From: Candidatus Krumholzibacteriia bacterium
GTDB lineage: Bacteria; Krumholzibacteriota; Krumholzibacteriia; LZORAL124-64-63
DNA: 64,000 nucleotides
Direction: 5' to 3'
Assembly: GCA_050174015.1 (NCBI GenBank)
Contig: JBFXKG010000008.1
Span: forward strand, 64,001-128,000
A program made the position numbers and the translations under genes. The stretch's first letter is position 1. Each line of letters opens with the position of its first letter. The notes under the pieces are model-generated. The model worked only from the letters and a program-made list of their open reading frames with translations, searched no databases and was not told the DNA's origin. Positions 29,344 to 39,271 of this stretch are shown in pieces.

Positions 29344-30528
29344 TCAGATCATGTCCAGGACCCGCGCCAGATCCGCTTCCAGATCGGCGTACGTTTCGCA
29401 GCCGACGGCGATCCGGACCAGGTCGTCGCTGATACCGGCCTCCAGGCGTTCATCCAGGGGGATGCCGGCGTGGGTCATGCTGGCCGGATGCTCGATCAGC
29501 GACTCGATGCCGCCCAGGCTCACCGCCAGGGCCGGGATCTCGACGTTGTTGATCACGGTCTTGCCTGCCTCGAGCCCGCCCTTGACGCCGAAGCTGAAGA
29601 CGGCGCCGGGCCCCCGCATCTGCTTGCGTCCCAGTTCGTACTGGGGGTGGCTTTCAAGACCGGGATACCTCACCCACGACACCTTGGGATGCTTCTCCAG
29701 ATAGGCCGCCAGCTTGAGGGCGTTCTCCTGGGCCCGGTCCATCCTCAACCCCAGGCTCTTGACCCCGCGCAGGACCAGCCAGGCCTGATGGGGGTCCATG
29801 GTGCCGCCCATATTATAGTGAACCTTGCGCAAGCGCGCGAGGACTTCGGGGTCCTTCGCGACGACCATGCCGGCCACCACGTCGGTGTGCCCGTTGATGA
29901 ACTTGGTCATGCTGTGAAGGACGATGTCGGCCCCGAGTTCCAGGGGATTCTGCAGGTAGGGCGAGGCGAAGGTGTTGTCGGCCACCAGGAGAGCCCCGCC
30001 CTGGTGGGCGATCTCGGCGCAGGCCCGGATGTCGGTCAGGGCGAGGGTGGGGTTGGCGGGGGTCTCGATGTAGACCAGCTTGGTGTTGTCCCGCATCGCC
30101 TTGGCGACGTTCTCGGCGTTGCTGGCGTCGACGAACGAGTACTCCACGCCGAAGCGGGGGTATTCCGACTCGATGATCATCCGGCTGGGACCGTACAGGC
30201 TCTTGTGGCCGACGATGTGGGTGCCCTGGCCGAGGAAGGTCAGATAGACCATGTTGACCGCCGCCATGCCCGTGGCCGCCCCCAGACCTCCGCAGCCGCC
30301 CTCGAGGGTGGCGATGTTGTCCTCCAGGGCCTCGATGGTGGGGTTGCCAAGGCGGGTGTACTTGTAGCCGGGGGCGCCACCGAAACAGGCCGCGCCATGG
30401 TCGGCGTTCTTGAAGGCGAAGGTGCTGCTCTGGTAGATGGGGGTGGAGACGGCTCCGGTTGCGGGATCGACGTGCTGGCCCGCGTGGATGATGCGGGTCA
30501 TCATGCCTTTCTTCTCGACATCCTTCAT
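29344..30528 (-). CDS. Cys/Met metabolism PLP-dependent enzyme (methionine gamma-lyase/cystathionine gamma-synthase family)
   Basis: 'PIYQSSTF', 'YTRLGNPT', 'ETPANP', 'DNTF', PLP lysine 'HSMTKF', 'AVSLGGIESL'. Confidence 0.92.
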   Translation of the reverse strand: MKDVEKKGMMTRIIHAGQHVDPATGAVSTPIYQSSTFAFKNADHGAACFGGAPGYKYTRLGNPTIEALEDNIATLEGGCGGLGAATGMAAVNMVYLTFLGQGTHIVGHKSLYGPSRMIIESEYPRFGVEYSFVDASNAENVAKAMRDNTKLVYIETPANPTLALTDIRACAEIAHQGGALLVADNTFASPYLQNPLELGADIVLHSMTKFINGHTDVVAGMVVAKDPEVLARLRKVHYNMGGTMDPHQAWLVLRGVKSLGLRMDRAQENALKLAAYLEKHPKVSWVRYPGLESHPQYELGRKQMRGPGAVFSFGVKGGLEAGKTVINNVEIPALAVSLGGIESLIEHPASMTHAGIPLDERLEAGISDDLVRIAVGCETYADLEADLARVLDMI

Positions 30529-30604
30529 TTCGATTTCCTTCCTGGCTCGCGGACGAGATGGCCAAGCATGCAGGCGGTCCGCCGGACGGCGGGATCCCCG
30601 GGCC

Positions 30605-30633
30605 TTGTTCGCACTGTGTACGCGGTCTATAAT
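30605..30633 (+). promoter_or_regulatory. Sigma-70 promoter of the S8 peptidase
   Basis: TTGTTC-N17-TATAAT with a perfect -10 box. Confidence 0.6.
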
Positions 30634-30709
30634 ATGGCCTGCATCCCCTGCATTGCCAAAACCCTATCCCAGGTGGGATATCCGTCCCGGTCGTCCCACG
30701 GAGGTTCCC

Positions 30710-33700
30710 ATGCGACGCCCTGTTCCGATCTCTCCCAGGCCCGTCATCTTCCTCGTCTTCCTGGCCGTCGCGCTGGCCGGGGCGGCCGGCGGCGGAGCCG
30801 CTCCCCGCCAGGACTGGAACTTCCTGCCCGCACGCCAGATAGGAGCCGTCGACTTCATCGCCCAGCATCCCGGGTGGGACGGACGGGGCGTCGCCGTCGC
30901 CATCCTGGACACGGGAGTGGACGCCTTCGCCCCGGGAATGCAGACGACCTCCACGGGGGCGCCCAAGCTCATCGACGTGCGCGACTTCAGCACCGAGGGC
31001 GACTGGGAGACCGAGACCGCCGAGGTCGAGGACGGCGTCCTGCTGACCGCTGACGGATGGCGCCTGCGCGGTGCAGGGTCCCTGCCGGTCCCCCCGGTGA
31101 TGGACGATCCGGTGGACCGTCCGGTCTACATCGGGGTCATCGCGGAGAAGGACTTCGTCGACAACAGCAGCGTCAACGACCTGAACGACGACGGCGACAC
31201 CTCCGACCGTTTCGGGTTCCTGGTCTACCAGGCCGACCGCGCGGCCGTCGAGGCCGCCCTGGGGGTGGGCAAGGGATACGAGCTCCTGCAGGATCTGAAC
31301 GAGACCGCCGCAGCCACGGTGGCCCGCGAACGCCAGTCCCCCCGGGTCTGGCTCGTCGTGGTGGATACCGACGCGGACGGGGATCTCGCCGGCGAGAAGC
31401 TGCTGCGGGACTACCACGTCAACCACGACGCCTTCGCCCTGACCAGTCCCGGCGCGCCGGATTCGCGCGAGCTGATGGCCTGGGAGGTCAACGTGCGAGG
31501 CGAGGAGGACCATCTGGGCGCGCCCCTGCCGCCGACGGTGGAGTTCCACTTCGACGACGGCAGCCACGGGTCGCACTGCGCGGGCATCGCCGCGGGCAAC
31601 GACGTCGGCGGGCAGGCGGGCCTGGACGGCGCGGCGCCCGGAGCCTTCGTCCTGTCCCTGAAGCTGGGAGACAACCGCCTGGCCGGCGGCGCCACCCGCA
31701 CCGGCAGCATGAAGAAGGCCTACGAGTACGCCGCCGATTTCGAGGAGCGGTGGGGCATCCCCGTGGTCGTGAACATGAGCTTCGGCATCGCCTCGGTCGA
31801 GGAGGGCGACGACGCCATGGGCGAGTGGCTGGACGAGCTGCTGGCCGAGCATCCCACCCTTTACGTCTGCACCAGCGCCGGCAACGAAGGGCCGGGACTC
31901 TCCACGGTGGGTCTGCCCGCCACGGCGTACAGCGTCATCAGCTCGGGAGCCTACCTCTCCCGGGACACCGCCGCCGACCTCTACAACGCCCGCATGGCCA
32001 AGGACACCCTCTTCGCCTTCAGCAGCCGGGGGGGCGAAACCAACAAGCCCGACGTCGTCGCCCCCGGCTCGGCCATGAGCACCGTGCCCGGGTTCGTGGA
32101 CGGACCCGCCCGGTTCAACGGCACCAGCATGGCCTCGCCCCAGACCGCGGGCGGGGTCGCCTGTCTGGTGAGCGCGGCCCTGCAGGAGGGCCTGGACATC
32201 CACTGGGGCATGGTCAAGCGCGCGCTGATCGCGGGGGGCCGACCCGTGCCCGGCCTGAGCCTCAACGACCAGGGCGGGGGCCTGGTCAGCGTGCCCGCAT
32301 CCTGGGAAGTCCTGAGGGATCTCGCCCGGAGCCGTTCGGCCCACGACGTCCTCTGGTACCGGATCGAGACGGCCTGCCCCTTCCAGTCCGACGGCAAGGC
32401 CGAGGCCGCCTACTGGCGCACCCCCGGCGGCGCGCCCCTGGCCCCCGAAGAGGTGACCTTCACGGTCAAGCCGGTCTTCCATCCCGACCTGGATCCGAAC
32501 GCCCGCGACACCTTCTTCCGCAGCTTCAGCTTCCGCAGCGAGGCGGACTGGCTGCAGCTGGTTTCGGGCGACCGGTACATCCGGGGGGACATGGGCATGA
32601 CCGTGGTCTGCCGGTACGACGGCCGCAAGCTGCCCGCCTCGGGCGCCGCCTCGGCCCGCATCCTCGCGAGCCTGGACGGGGGCGACCTGGACGGTCTGGC
32701 GGCCCGGGAATTCTCCCTCTGGAACACGGTGATCCGCGGCGACGCCTTCGGTCCGGACAACGGGTACATGCGGACCTACCAGGGCAAGGACCTGGCCCAG
32801 AGCTCCGTCCACCGCTACTACGTGGACGTGCCGCCGGGCGCCTCCGCCATGAGGGTGCGCCTGGAGGCGAGCTCGGACGTCGGATCGTCGCGGGGGGCCC
32901 GCGTCCTGACGGAGATCTGCGACCCCGAGGGTCACGTCCACGGCGGGTTCGCGGGGTACGCCTCGCCGGACGAGCATCCGGTCCGCGACCAGACCGTCCT
33001 GGCCCCCGATCTCTTCACCGGCACCTGGGAGATCAACGTGGCCGGCAGCATCACCGCGGCCGACCCGAGCACCTACCGGCTGACCGTTTCGTTCGACGGC
33101 TACGCGGTCGATCCGGCGGTCGTCACCGGACTGGGCCGCAAGGGGACCGGCAAGGCGGCCGGGGCCGATCTCACGGTGACCCGAAGCCTGCCCGGCGTGT
33201 TCAAGGGAGAGGTGGAGGCCGCGGTCCAGGGCTGGCGCAAGGAGCACGAGGTCGAGATCGCGGACACCGACACCTGGACCCTGCCGTTCACCCTGGACGG
33301 CTCCACCCCGCGGGCGACCTTCCGGCTGGTGATGGACGAGAAGGTCGGCAATCTCTTCACCGACTGTGCGGTGAACATCCTCGACGGCGAGGGCAAAACC
33401 GTTCGGGCCGGCGCCTTCGACGGGCTCGAGGCCACCACGGGAGCGTCGCTGCCCCAGGGGACCGATTCCGCCTCGTTCACGCTCCAGGTGGTGGGGGCCT
33501 TCGCCATCGCCGCGGACATGGCCGAATGGGGTTTCGAACTGGAGGAGAAGTACCATTTCGGCCGCCCGGTGAAGGGCGAGGTCAAGACCGGGCGCGGCGG
33601 GCTCGAACTCTACGCCGGGGTGCCGTCTGGGATCTCCCTGAGCTTCCCCGACACCTGGCCCGAGGCCCCGGCGGGGCTGAAGCCCTTCGGCGCGGTGACC

Positions 33701-33784
33701 TTCAAGGACCGCAACACCGCCGACCGGCGGCCCGGGGATGCAGGCGGACGCGTGGTGCTCGAGGTTCCGATCGAACTGGAATGA
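30710..33784 (+). CDS. Secreted S8 serine peptidase, tripeptidyl peptidase II-like
   Basis: GGAGG RBS and signal peptide; triad 'ILDTGVD', 'HGSHCAG', 'NGTSMASP'; 'LKLGDNRL', 'SAGNEGP', 'FSSRG'. Confidence 0.9.
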   Translation: MRRPVPISPRPVIFLVFLAVALAGAAGGGAAPRQDWNFLPARQIGAVDFIAQHPGWDGRGVAVAILDTGVDAFAPGMQTTSTGAPKLIDVRDFSTEGDWETETAEVEDGVLLTADGWRLRGAGSLPVPPVMDDPVDRPVYIGVIAEKDFVDNSSVNDLNDDGDTSDRFGFLVYQADRAAVEAALGVGKGYELLQDLNETAAATVARERQSPRVWLVVVDTDADGDLAGEKLLRDYHVNHDAFALTSPGAPDSRELMAWEVNVRGEEDHLGAPLPPTVEFHFDDGSHGSHCAGIAAGNDVGGQAGLDGAAPGAFVLSLKLGDNRLAGGATRTGSMKKAYEYAADFEERWGIPVVVNMSFGIASVEEGDDAMGEWLDELLAEHPTLYVCTSAGNEGPGLSTVGLPATAYSVISSGAYLSRDTAADLYNARMAKDTLFAFSSRGGETNKPDVVAPGSAMSTVPGFVDGPARFNGTSMASPQTAGGVACLVSAALQEGLDIHWGMVKRALIAGGRPVPGLSLNDQGGGLVSVPASWEVLRDLARSRSAHDVLWYRIETACPFQSDGKAEAAYWRTPGGAPLAPEEVTFTVKPVFHPDLDPNARDTFFRSFSFRSEADWLQLVSGDRYIRGDMGMTVVCRYDGRKLPASGAASARILASLDGGDLDGLAAREFSLWNTVIRGDAFGPDNGYMRTYQGKDLAQSSVHRYYVDVPPGASAMRVRLEASSDVGSSRGARVLTEICDPEGHVHGGFAGYASPDEHPVRDQTVLAPDLFTGTWEINVAGSITAADPSTYRLTVSFDGYAVDPAVVTGLGRKGTGKAAGADLTVTRSLPGVFKGEVEAAVQGWRKEHEVEIADTDTWTLPFTLDGSTPRATFRLVMDEKVGNLFTDCAVNILDGEGKTVRAGAFDGLEATTGASLPQGTDSASFTLQVVGAFAIAADMAEWGFELEEKYHFGRPVKGEVKTGRGGLELYAGVPSGISLSFPDTWPEAPAGLKPFGAVTFKDRNTADRRPGDAGGRVVLEVPIELE

Positions 33785-33810
33785 CCCGGCAGGAAGCTGA
33801 CGGTTCGAGG

Positions 33811-33840
33811 GGGCCGGTCCTGCGGGACCGGCCCTTTGTT
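33811..33840 (+). terminator. Rho-independent terminator
   Basis: GGGCCGGTCC-tgcg-GGACCGGCCC followed by TTTGTT. Confidence 0.75.
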
Positions 33841-35117
33841 CAGCGGTCCGCCAGGCCGCCCAGGATCTCCTGGAGTGCTGCCATGTGCGCGCGGCGGGAG
33901 GCGTGGCGTTCGGCCCAGCGCCGGCAGGCGGCCGATGCTCCCGGGGGCAGGGACGCCGCCTGCAGCAATCCGTTCACCAGGCTCCGGGCATCCCCCGGTT
34001 CGGTCAGACAGCCGGTGACCCCGTCCTCGACGATCTCGGGGATGCCGCCGATGCGGGACCCCACCAGCGGCAGGCCGGAGGCGAGGGATTCCAGGGCCGC
34101 CATGGGGCTGTTCTCGTAGCACTCGCTGGGCAGCACGGTGAACCTCGCCCGGCCCAGCGCCCTGCGCAAACCCTCGCGGTCGAGGGGGCCGAGCAGCTCC
34201 ACCGTCCGCAGCTTCAACAGGGCCAGGTGGGCCTTCAGGTTCTCCAGGCAGGGGCCTTCCCCGGCGATCAGCAGACGCAGCGGCGGAACGGCGATCGTCC
34301 CCGACCGGTGACCCTCCTCCCAGAGGGCCTGGGCGTCCAGCAGGGTGCGCAGGCCCTTCTCCTTCGAGATGCGTCCGAAGTAGAGGTACGAGTCCGGATC
34401 CCCGGCGCGATGGAGTTGATCGGGGTGCCAGGCTTCCAGGTCCACGAAGTTGGGCAGGTGGTGCAGCTTGCGCCGGGGGAATCCCCAGTCCGCGTACTTC
34501 TCGAGGATGAAGCGGCTGGGACACAAGAAAAGGTCCACGTTGTCGGTGTAGAGGCCGCGCGACCTCTGGTGGAAGGTCTCCAGGGCGGCCAGGGCCGAGG
34601 CCGCCACCGAGTCCTTCACGCAGCGGCCCAGGACGGCATGGTGGAAGCGGCCCCCGCGGCACCGTTCGCAGATCTCCCCGCGGCGCAGCATGTGGATGGC
34701 GGGGCAAAGCAGGCGCAGGTCGTGCAGGGTCATGGCCACCGGAACGCCGTGCCGCTCGAGGATGGGGAGGATCGAGGGGCTCAGGTGGTGGTAGACGTTG
34801 TGCAGGTGGGCCACCGTCGGCCGGGACGCCAGGACCAGATCATCGAGCTTGCGGGCGGCCTCCCGGTTCCAGATCAGGGAGGCTGCGTCGCGGAGCCCGG
34901 CGATTCCGAACCGGGGCCGGGTGTAGTCCCGCGCCTGGACGAAGTACCCGGCCCAGGGGGAGGGGCGCGTCTCGGGCTCGGCCATGGTGAACGGGACCAC
35001 CGTCCAGCCGGCCGCGGTCAGATCCTCCTCCTCCTGGACGAGATAGCGGCCGACCCCGCCGGCGGGCCCGCGATCGTGGTAGAACTTGTTGACCAGCAAC
35101 AGGGTCGCGGGCGGCAT
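33840..35117 (-). CDS. Glycosyltransferase family 4
   Basis: True start ATG 35117 'MPPATLLLVNKFY'; 'HLHNVYH', 'YFGRISKEKG', EX7E 'ENSPMAALE'; the upstream part of the 1195-aa ORF is antisense shadow. Confidence 0.88.
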   Translation of the reverse strand: MPPATLLLVNKFYHDRGPAGGVGRYLVQEEEDLTAAGWTVVPFTMAEPETRPSPWAGYFVQARDYTRPRFGIAGLRDAASLIWNREAARKLDDLVLASRPTVAHLHNVYHHLSPSILPILERHGVPVAMTLHDLRLLCPAIHMLRRGEICERCRGGRFHHAVLGRCVKDSVAASALAALETFHQRSRGLYTDNVDLFLCPSRFILEKYADWGFPRRKLHHLPNFVDLEAWHPDQLHRAGDPDSYLYFGRISKEKGLRTLLDAQALWEEGHRSGTIAVPPLRLLIAGEGPCLENLKAHLALLKLRTVELLGPLDREGLRRALGRARFTVLPSECYENSPMAALESLASGLPLVGSRIGGIPEIVEDGVTGCLTEPGDARSLVNGLLQAASLPPGASAACRRWAERHASRRAHMAALQEILGGLADR

Positions 35118-35324
35118 GGTCCACTTTCCTGGGTGTCGCGGGATCTTGGGGCGCAGCCTGGGACCGGCCGATCCCGGTTTCCGGATCCCCAGGGAGCCAT
35201 GATTAACCCGCGGCCAACAAAGGGTCAACCTTTCCCCGCGGCGGCCGATAACAGCTGGTGGAAACGCCGGGTACGCAGGGAGGGGCCCTGGAAGGGCCGG
35301 CCGTGTCGATACGGATAAGGTGGC

Positions 35325-37721
35325 ATGCGGCGACTCTGGAACCAAATCAATTACGGGATCCGCAACCGGGTCTACCTGCGGACCGTACCGGCCTTCCTGC
35401 TGGCTCTGGGGGCGGTGTCGGTCTTCAGCTGGTCCATGTTCACCGGACAGGCGACCCGGACCATGCTTCAGTACCAGATCCAGGAACTGGACACCCATCT
35501 GGAGCGGCTGGCGGCGCGGGCGGCCAGCGAGGCCATGTCCCTCGAGGCCCGCAAATCCGAATTCAGGGAACTCGTGCCCGCCCGCACCGGCCAGGACGCC
35601 GCGGCCGCCTTCACCACCCTGGACGACGACGGGCCGACCACCGACCTGGTGGCGGGACTGGCGCTGCTCGAAGGCCGCGGTCCCCGGATGGGCTGGCCCC
35701 TGGTCATCGGTTTCGCCGAGGGGGATTCGGCGGTCCAGACGGCGAACCAGTCCCACCTGCAGACCTGGCTGAGGGACAACCGCTTCCACTTCCGCCCCGC
35801 CGAACGGCTCATGCGCAACGCGGGAGACCGGGAAACCGCATCCCCCCTGGAGATCGAAGGCTATCGGTGGCACCGGGTCGCCCTGTTCCCGCCCCTGATG
35901 ATCCGGCACCGGATCGCCCCGGCCGAGGACGGCGCTCAGGTCATGTACCGGAGCCTGCTTCCGGTCCTGGTCCAGGAACGGGGAGGTTCCGGCCAGGGTG
36001 GGCGGAACCATGGCGGCCCGCGCGGCACGGGGGACCCGGGTCGGGGTCTCGATGCGGTCTACTTCCTCGATCTCCAGGAGCTGCTGGAATCGGCGGCGCC
36101 CGACCAGTGGTGGTGCGTCCTGGATTCCCAGCGACGGTTCCTGGCCGGATCCGAAGCGACCCTCCCGGTGGGACAGACCCTCGGCGAGGAGTCGGATCAC
36201 TGGGAGCGCACCCTCCAGGACGGGAAGACCGGAGCGGCCCTGAAGGCCTGGCTGGGGGGCGAGACCGGCCTGCACCTCGATTCGCGCGGACTGAAGGCGG
36301 GATCGTGGCTGATCTGCGCCGGGTCCGGCAAGTACCCCTTCATCACCCTGGCGGGTCGGCCGGCGGCGGGACTGCAGGGTTTGATCTCGCGCTACACGCT
36401 GATGGGGCTGGCCGTGGGCGTGGTGGCCCTGGTCCTGGCCCTGCTGGGCCTGACCCGCGTCATCAACGAGGTGACCCGCCGACTGGGCGATCTGGGGGCC
36501 GGCATGGACCGCGTGGCCGGAGGCGATCTCGGCTGCCGCCTGCCCGGAGGCCTCCAGGGGGAACTGGGCGACCTCTTCGGGTATTTCAACGGGATGGCCG
36601 AACACCTCCAGGAAACCCACAAGGTCGCCCGGAAAAACGAGGCCCGCCTGCAGGTCTCCCTGTCCAACCTCCGCCTGCTCGACAAGGCCAAGCAGGACTT
36701 CCTGGTCCTGATCAGCCACGAGGTCAGGACCCCGCTGACGGCCATCATGGGGGGCGTCGACTACCTCAAGTCGACCTTGAAGGGACTGGGGCCGCAGGAG
36801 GAGCAGGTTCTCGCCCAGCTGAACCTCAAGGAGATCCTGACCATCATCGAGAACAACGGGCTGCGCCTGCGCGGGTTCATGAACGACGCCATCCTGATGA
36901 CCAGCATCCAGTCGGCATCCCACCGCCTCGACCGCAAGCCGGTCGCGGTCCGGGATCTCGCCGCCCGGGTCATCGACTCCCTGGGGATGAAGATCAAGGC
37001 GCGCGGGATCCGCCTCAGGAACGAACTGGCCACGCGGGGCGACTGGTCGCTGTTCGGCGAGAGCGAGGTGCTGCGGGTCGTGCTGACCAAGCTCCTGGAC
37101 AACGCGGTCATCCACAACGTGGACGGGGGCGAGGTGGTGATCCGCGAGGTGGATCGCATCCCCGGCCAGGGAACGGTCGAGGAACTGGCCGCGTCCCTGG
37201 AGGCGGGCACGGCGGCCCTGCAGGAGGAGGGGGACGACCTGGAGGTCACCTGGCGGCTGCTGGAGATCCACAACTCCGGAAGGCCGATCCCGCGGGAGAA
37301 ACGCGAGGCCCTGTTCAAGCAGTTCGAGCTCGTGGGGCCCATCGAGAACCACCAGCGGGGCACCGGACTGAGCCTGCCCATCGCCCAGGCCGCGATGCAG
37401 AAGAACGGCGGGCGCATCTTCTGCCACGCCCCGGCCGAGGGCGGCAACTCCTTCTACCTGCTCATGCCGACCGTCGATTCGACCCGTTTCGCGGCCCTGG
37501 ACCGGCGCACCAACCTATGGGACGATCAGGGGCAGGGTGTGGGCCGCCGACCCGGCGACGAAAAGATCCGCCAGATGGGTGATCCCGCCGGGCTCGAGGT
37601 TGAACTCGACCACCGTGGCTCCGGCTCGGCCGGCGACGTTCGCCAGGCCGGCGGCGGGATAGACAGCCCCCGCCGTGCCCACGACGAGGAAGAGATCACA
37701 GCCGGCGGCCGCCTGTTCTGA
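35325..37721 (+). CDS. Membrane sensor histidine kinase (periplasmic sensor, HAMP, HisKA, HATPase)
   Basis: Two TMs; HAMP 'GELGDL...FNGMA'; H-box 'ISHEVRTPL'; N-box 'LLDNAV'; G2 'GTGLSL'. Confidence 0.88.
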   Translation: MRRLWNQINYGIRNRVYLRTVPAFLLALGAVSVFSWSMFTGQATRTMLQYQIQELDTHLERLAARAASEAMSLEARKSEFRELVPARTGQDAAAAFTTLDDDGPTTDLVAGLALLEGRGPRMGWPLVIGFAEGDSAVQTANQSHLQTWLRDNRFHFRPAERLMRNAGDRETASPLEIEGYRWHRVALFPPLMIRHRIAPAEDGAQVMYRSLLPVLVQERGGSGQGGRNHGGPRGTGDPGRGLDAVYFLDLQELLESAAPDQWWCVLDSQRRFLAGSEATLPVGQTLGEESDHWERTLQDGKTGAALKAWLGGETGLHLDSRGLKAGSWLICAGSGKYPFITLAGRPAAGLQGLISRYTLMGLAVGVVALVLALLGLTRVINEVTRRLGDLGAGMDRVAGGDLGCRLPGGLQGELGDLFGYFNGMAEHLQETHKVARKNEARLQVSLSNLRLLDKAKQDFLVLISHEVRTPLTAIMGGVDYLKSTLKGLGPQEEQVLAQLNLKEILTIIENNGLRLRGFMNDAILMTSIQSASHRLDRKPVAVRDLAARVIDSLGMKIKARGIRLRNELATRGDWSLFGESEVLRVVLTKLLDNAVIHNVDGGEVVIREVDRIPGQGTVEELAASLEAGTAALQEEGDDLEVTWRLLEIHNSGRPIPREKREALFKQFELVGPIENHQRGTGLSLPIAQAAMQKNGGRIFCHAPAEGGNSFYLLMPTVDSTRFAALDRRTNLWDDQGQGVGRRPGDEKIRQMGDPAGLEVELDHRGSGSAGDVRQAGGGIDSPRRAHDEEEITAGGRLF

Positions 37722-38258
37722 TTCCCTCATGACCCCGGGATCGATTCCCTCTCCGAACCACACCACTCCGGGACGCAGCAGCCCGCCGCACTCCGCGCAC
37801 AGCGGGGGGATGGGCAGGGGCACCCGGAAGTCCTTGGCTTCGGCCCCGCAGCCGGTGCACCGGACCGTCCAGATGGAGCCGTGGTACTCCAGCACCGTCC
37901 TGCTGCCCGCCGCCTGGTGGTAGCCGTCGACGTTCTGGGTGACGATCACGATCCCGTTGGTGTCCTGCAGCCGGGCGAGGGCCGCGTGGGCGGGATTGGG
38001 CTCCGATCGGTGGATGAGCCCGCGCCGCCAGTCGTACCATCGCCAGACCAGCTCGGGATCCTGCCGGAAGGCCTCCGGGGTCGCGAGCTGTTCGGGCCGG
38101 TACCGGGACCACAAACTGTCCTGGGCTCCGCGGAAGGTGGGGATGCCGCTGGCGGCGGAGATCCCGGCCCCGCTGAGCACGGCGATGCGGGCTCCCGCGG
38201 CGATCCGTTCGCGCACGGCCTGAAGATCCTGGTGATTCGGGCCTGCCGGTGGCATCAT
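37515..38258 (-). CDS. cobB: NAD-dependent protein deacylase (class III sirtuin)
   Basis: 'GAGISAASGIPTFRG', 'WYDWRR' (YxxR), 'TQNVDG', 'HGSI', two CxxC, 'RPGVVWFGE'. Confidence 0.92.
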   Translation of the reverse strand: MMPPAGPNHQDLQAVRERIAAGARIAVLSGAGISAASGIPTFRGAQDSLWSRYRPEQLATPEAFRQDPELVWRWYDWRRGLIHRSEPNPAHAALARLQDTNGIVIVTQNVDGYHQAAGSRTVLEYHGSIWTVRCTGCGAEAKDFRVPLPIPPLCAECGGLLRPGVVWFGEGIDPGVMRESEQAAAGCDLFLVVGTAGAVYPAAGLANVAGRAGATVVEFNLEPGGITHLADLFVAGSAAHTLPLIVP

Positions 38259-38347
38259 GTCCCCTTTCCAGTGAATCCCGCCGGGCGTCAGGACGACGAT
38301 CGGCATCATAACCCGCCGTCGGCGGCGGGTCCACCGGGGCGGCGAGC

Positions 38348-39271
38348 GTGACCAGACGATCCATCTGCAGTCGATCCGGCGTGTTCCGGGCGGGTCCGGC
38401 CAGGGCGGCCGTGCTGGTCCTGGTCCTCGTGGCCGCCGGGGCGGCCGCGGCCTCGTCCCCACCGTTCATCCATTTCCACTTCGAGTCCGAGGGCGGACGG
38501 GAAGCGGCCCTGAAGTGCGGGGAGATCTGGCGCGCCGAGGGCCCCCGGCTGGCTGCCCTGATTCCGGCCGGGGTCCGCGCCGACACGGTGCACTGCCTGG
38601 TCCTGAACACCGGAGAGTTCTCCCGGCGCTTCGGCGACCGGTTGCCGGACTGGGGGGTGGGCGTCGCCATGGGCGGCGGTCTGGTGGCCCTGGACTACGC
38701 CCGGATGCCCGCCGTCGGCCGAGGCCTCCGGGAGGTGTTCCTGCACGAGATGACGCACGCGATCCTCTTCCAGGTCGCGGGGGAGGCCTGGTTGCCGGCG
38801 TGGTTCCACGAAGGGACGGCCATGCAACTCTCCGGCGAGTGGCGGTTCTCGGACACCGTGTCCCTTATCCTCGACGGTCGGGTTCCCGATCTGGCCCGCC
38901 TGCAGGGACGCTGGCCCGGTCTCGAAACCAGGGCCGACCGGGCCTATCGGGCCAGCCTGCTGGGTGTCCAGCGGCTGTTGACGAGGTTCGGTCCGGACGT
39001 CATTCCCCGCATCCTGGCCGCCACCCGCGAGGCCGGGGACTTCGCCGACGGGTTTCTGGCCGCCACCGGCGAAACTCCAGCCGCCTTCACCGGGGATTTC
39101 GCCGCTGCCATGCGCCACCGGTACGGCTGGATCACGATCCTGACCCGCTGGCCGGGCCTGTTCGTGATCATGGCCCTGATCCTGGTCTTCGGGGCGGTGA
39201 GGAAGATCTTCCTGACCCGGCGGCGCCTGGCCGCCATGGACGATGAAGATTTTTCCCCCCCGGAAATTTGA
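38348..39271 (+). CDS. Peptidase MA-like zinc metallopeptidase domain protein with C-terminal TM
   Basis: Signal/TM; HExxH 'HEMTH' with 'PAWFHEGTA'. Confidence 0.75.
   Translation: MTRRSICSRSGVFRAGPARAAVLVLVLVAAGAAAASSPPFIHFHFESEGGREAALKCGEIWRAEGPRLAALIPAGVRADTVHCLVLNTGEFSRRFGDRLPDWGVGVAMGGGLVALDYARMPAVGRGLREVFLHEMTHAILFQVAGEAWLPAWFHEGTAMQLSGEWRFSDTVSLILDGRVPDLARLQGRWPGLETRADRAYRASLLGVQRLLTRFGPDVIPRILAATREAGDFADGFLAATGETPAAFTGDFAAAMRHRYGWITILTRWPGLFVIMALILVFGAVRKIFLTRRRLAAMDDEDFSPPEI

Noticed and set aside
29813..33556. 1247-aa minus-strand ORF, and similar long antisense or alternate-frame ORFs such as 16382-18484, 31057-34119 and 55699-57786
   Set aside because: Shadows of well-supported genes caused by high-GC codon bias; no recognisable motifs.
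35118..37427. Apparent 770-aa N-terminal extension of the GT4 (1195-aa ORF)
   Set aside because: Antisense to the histidine kinase; the GT4 begins at ATG 35117.
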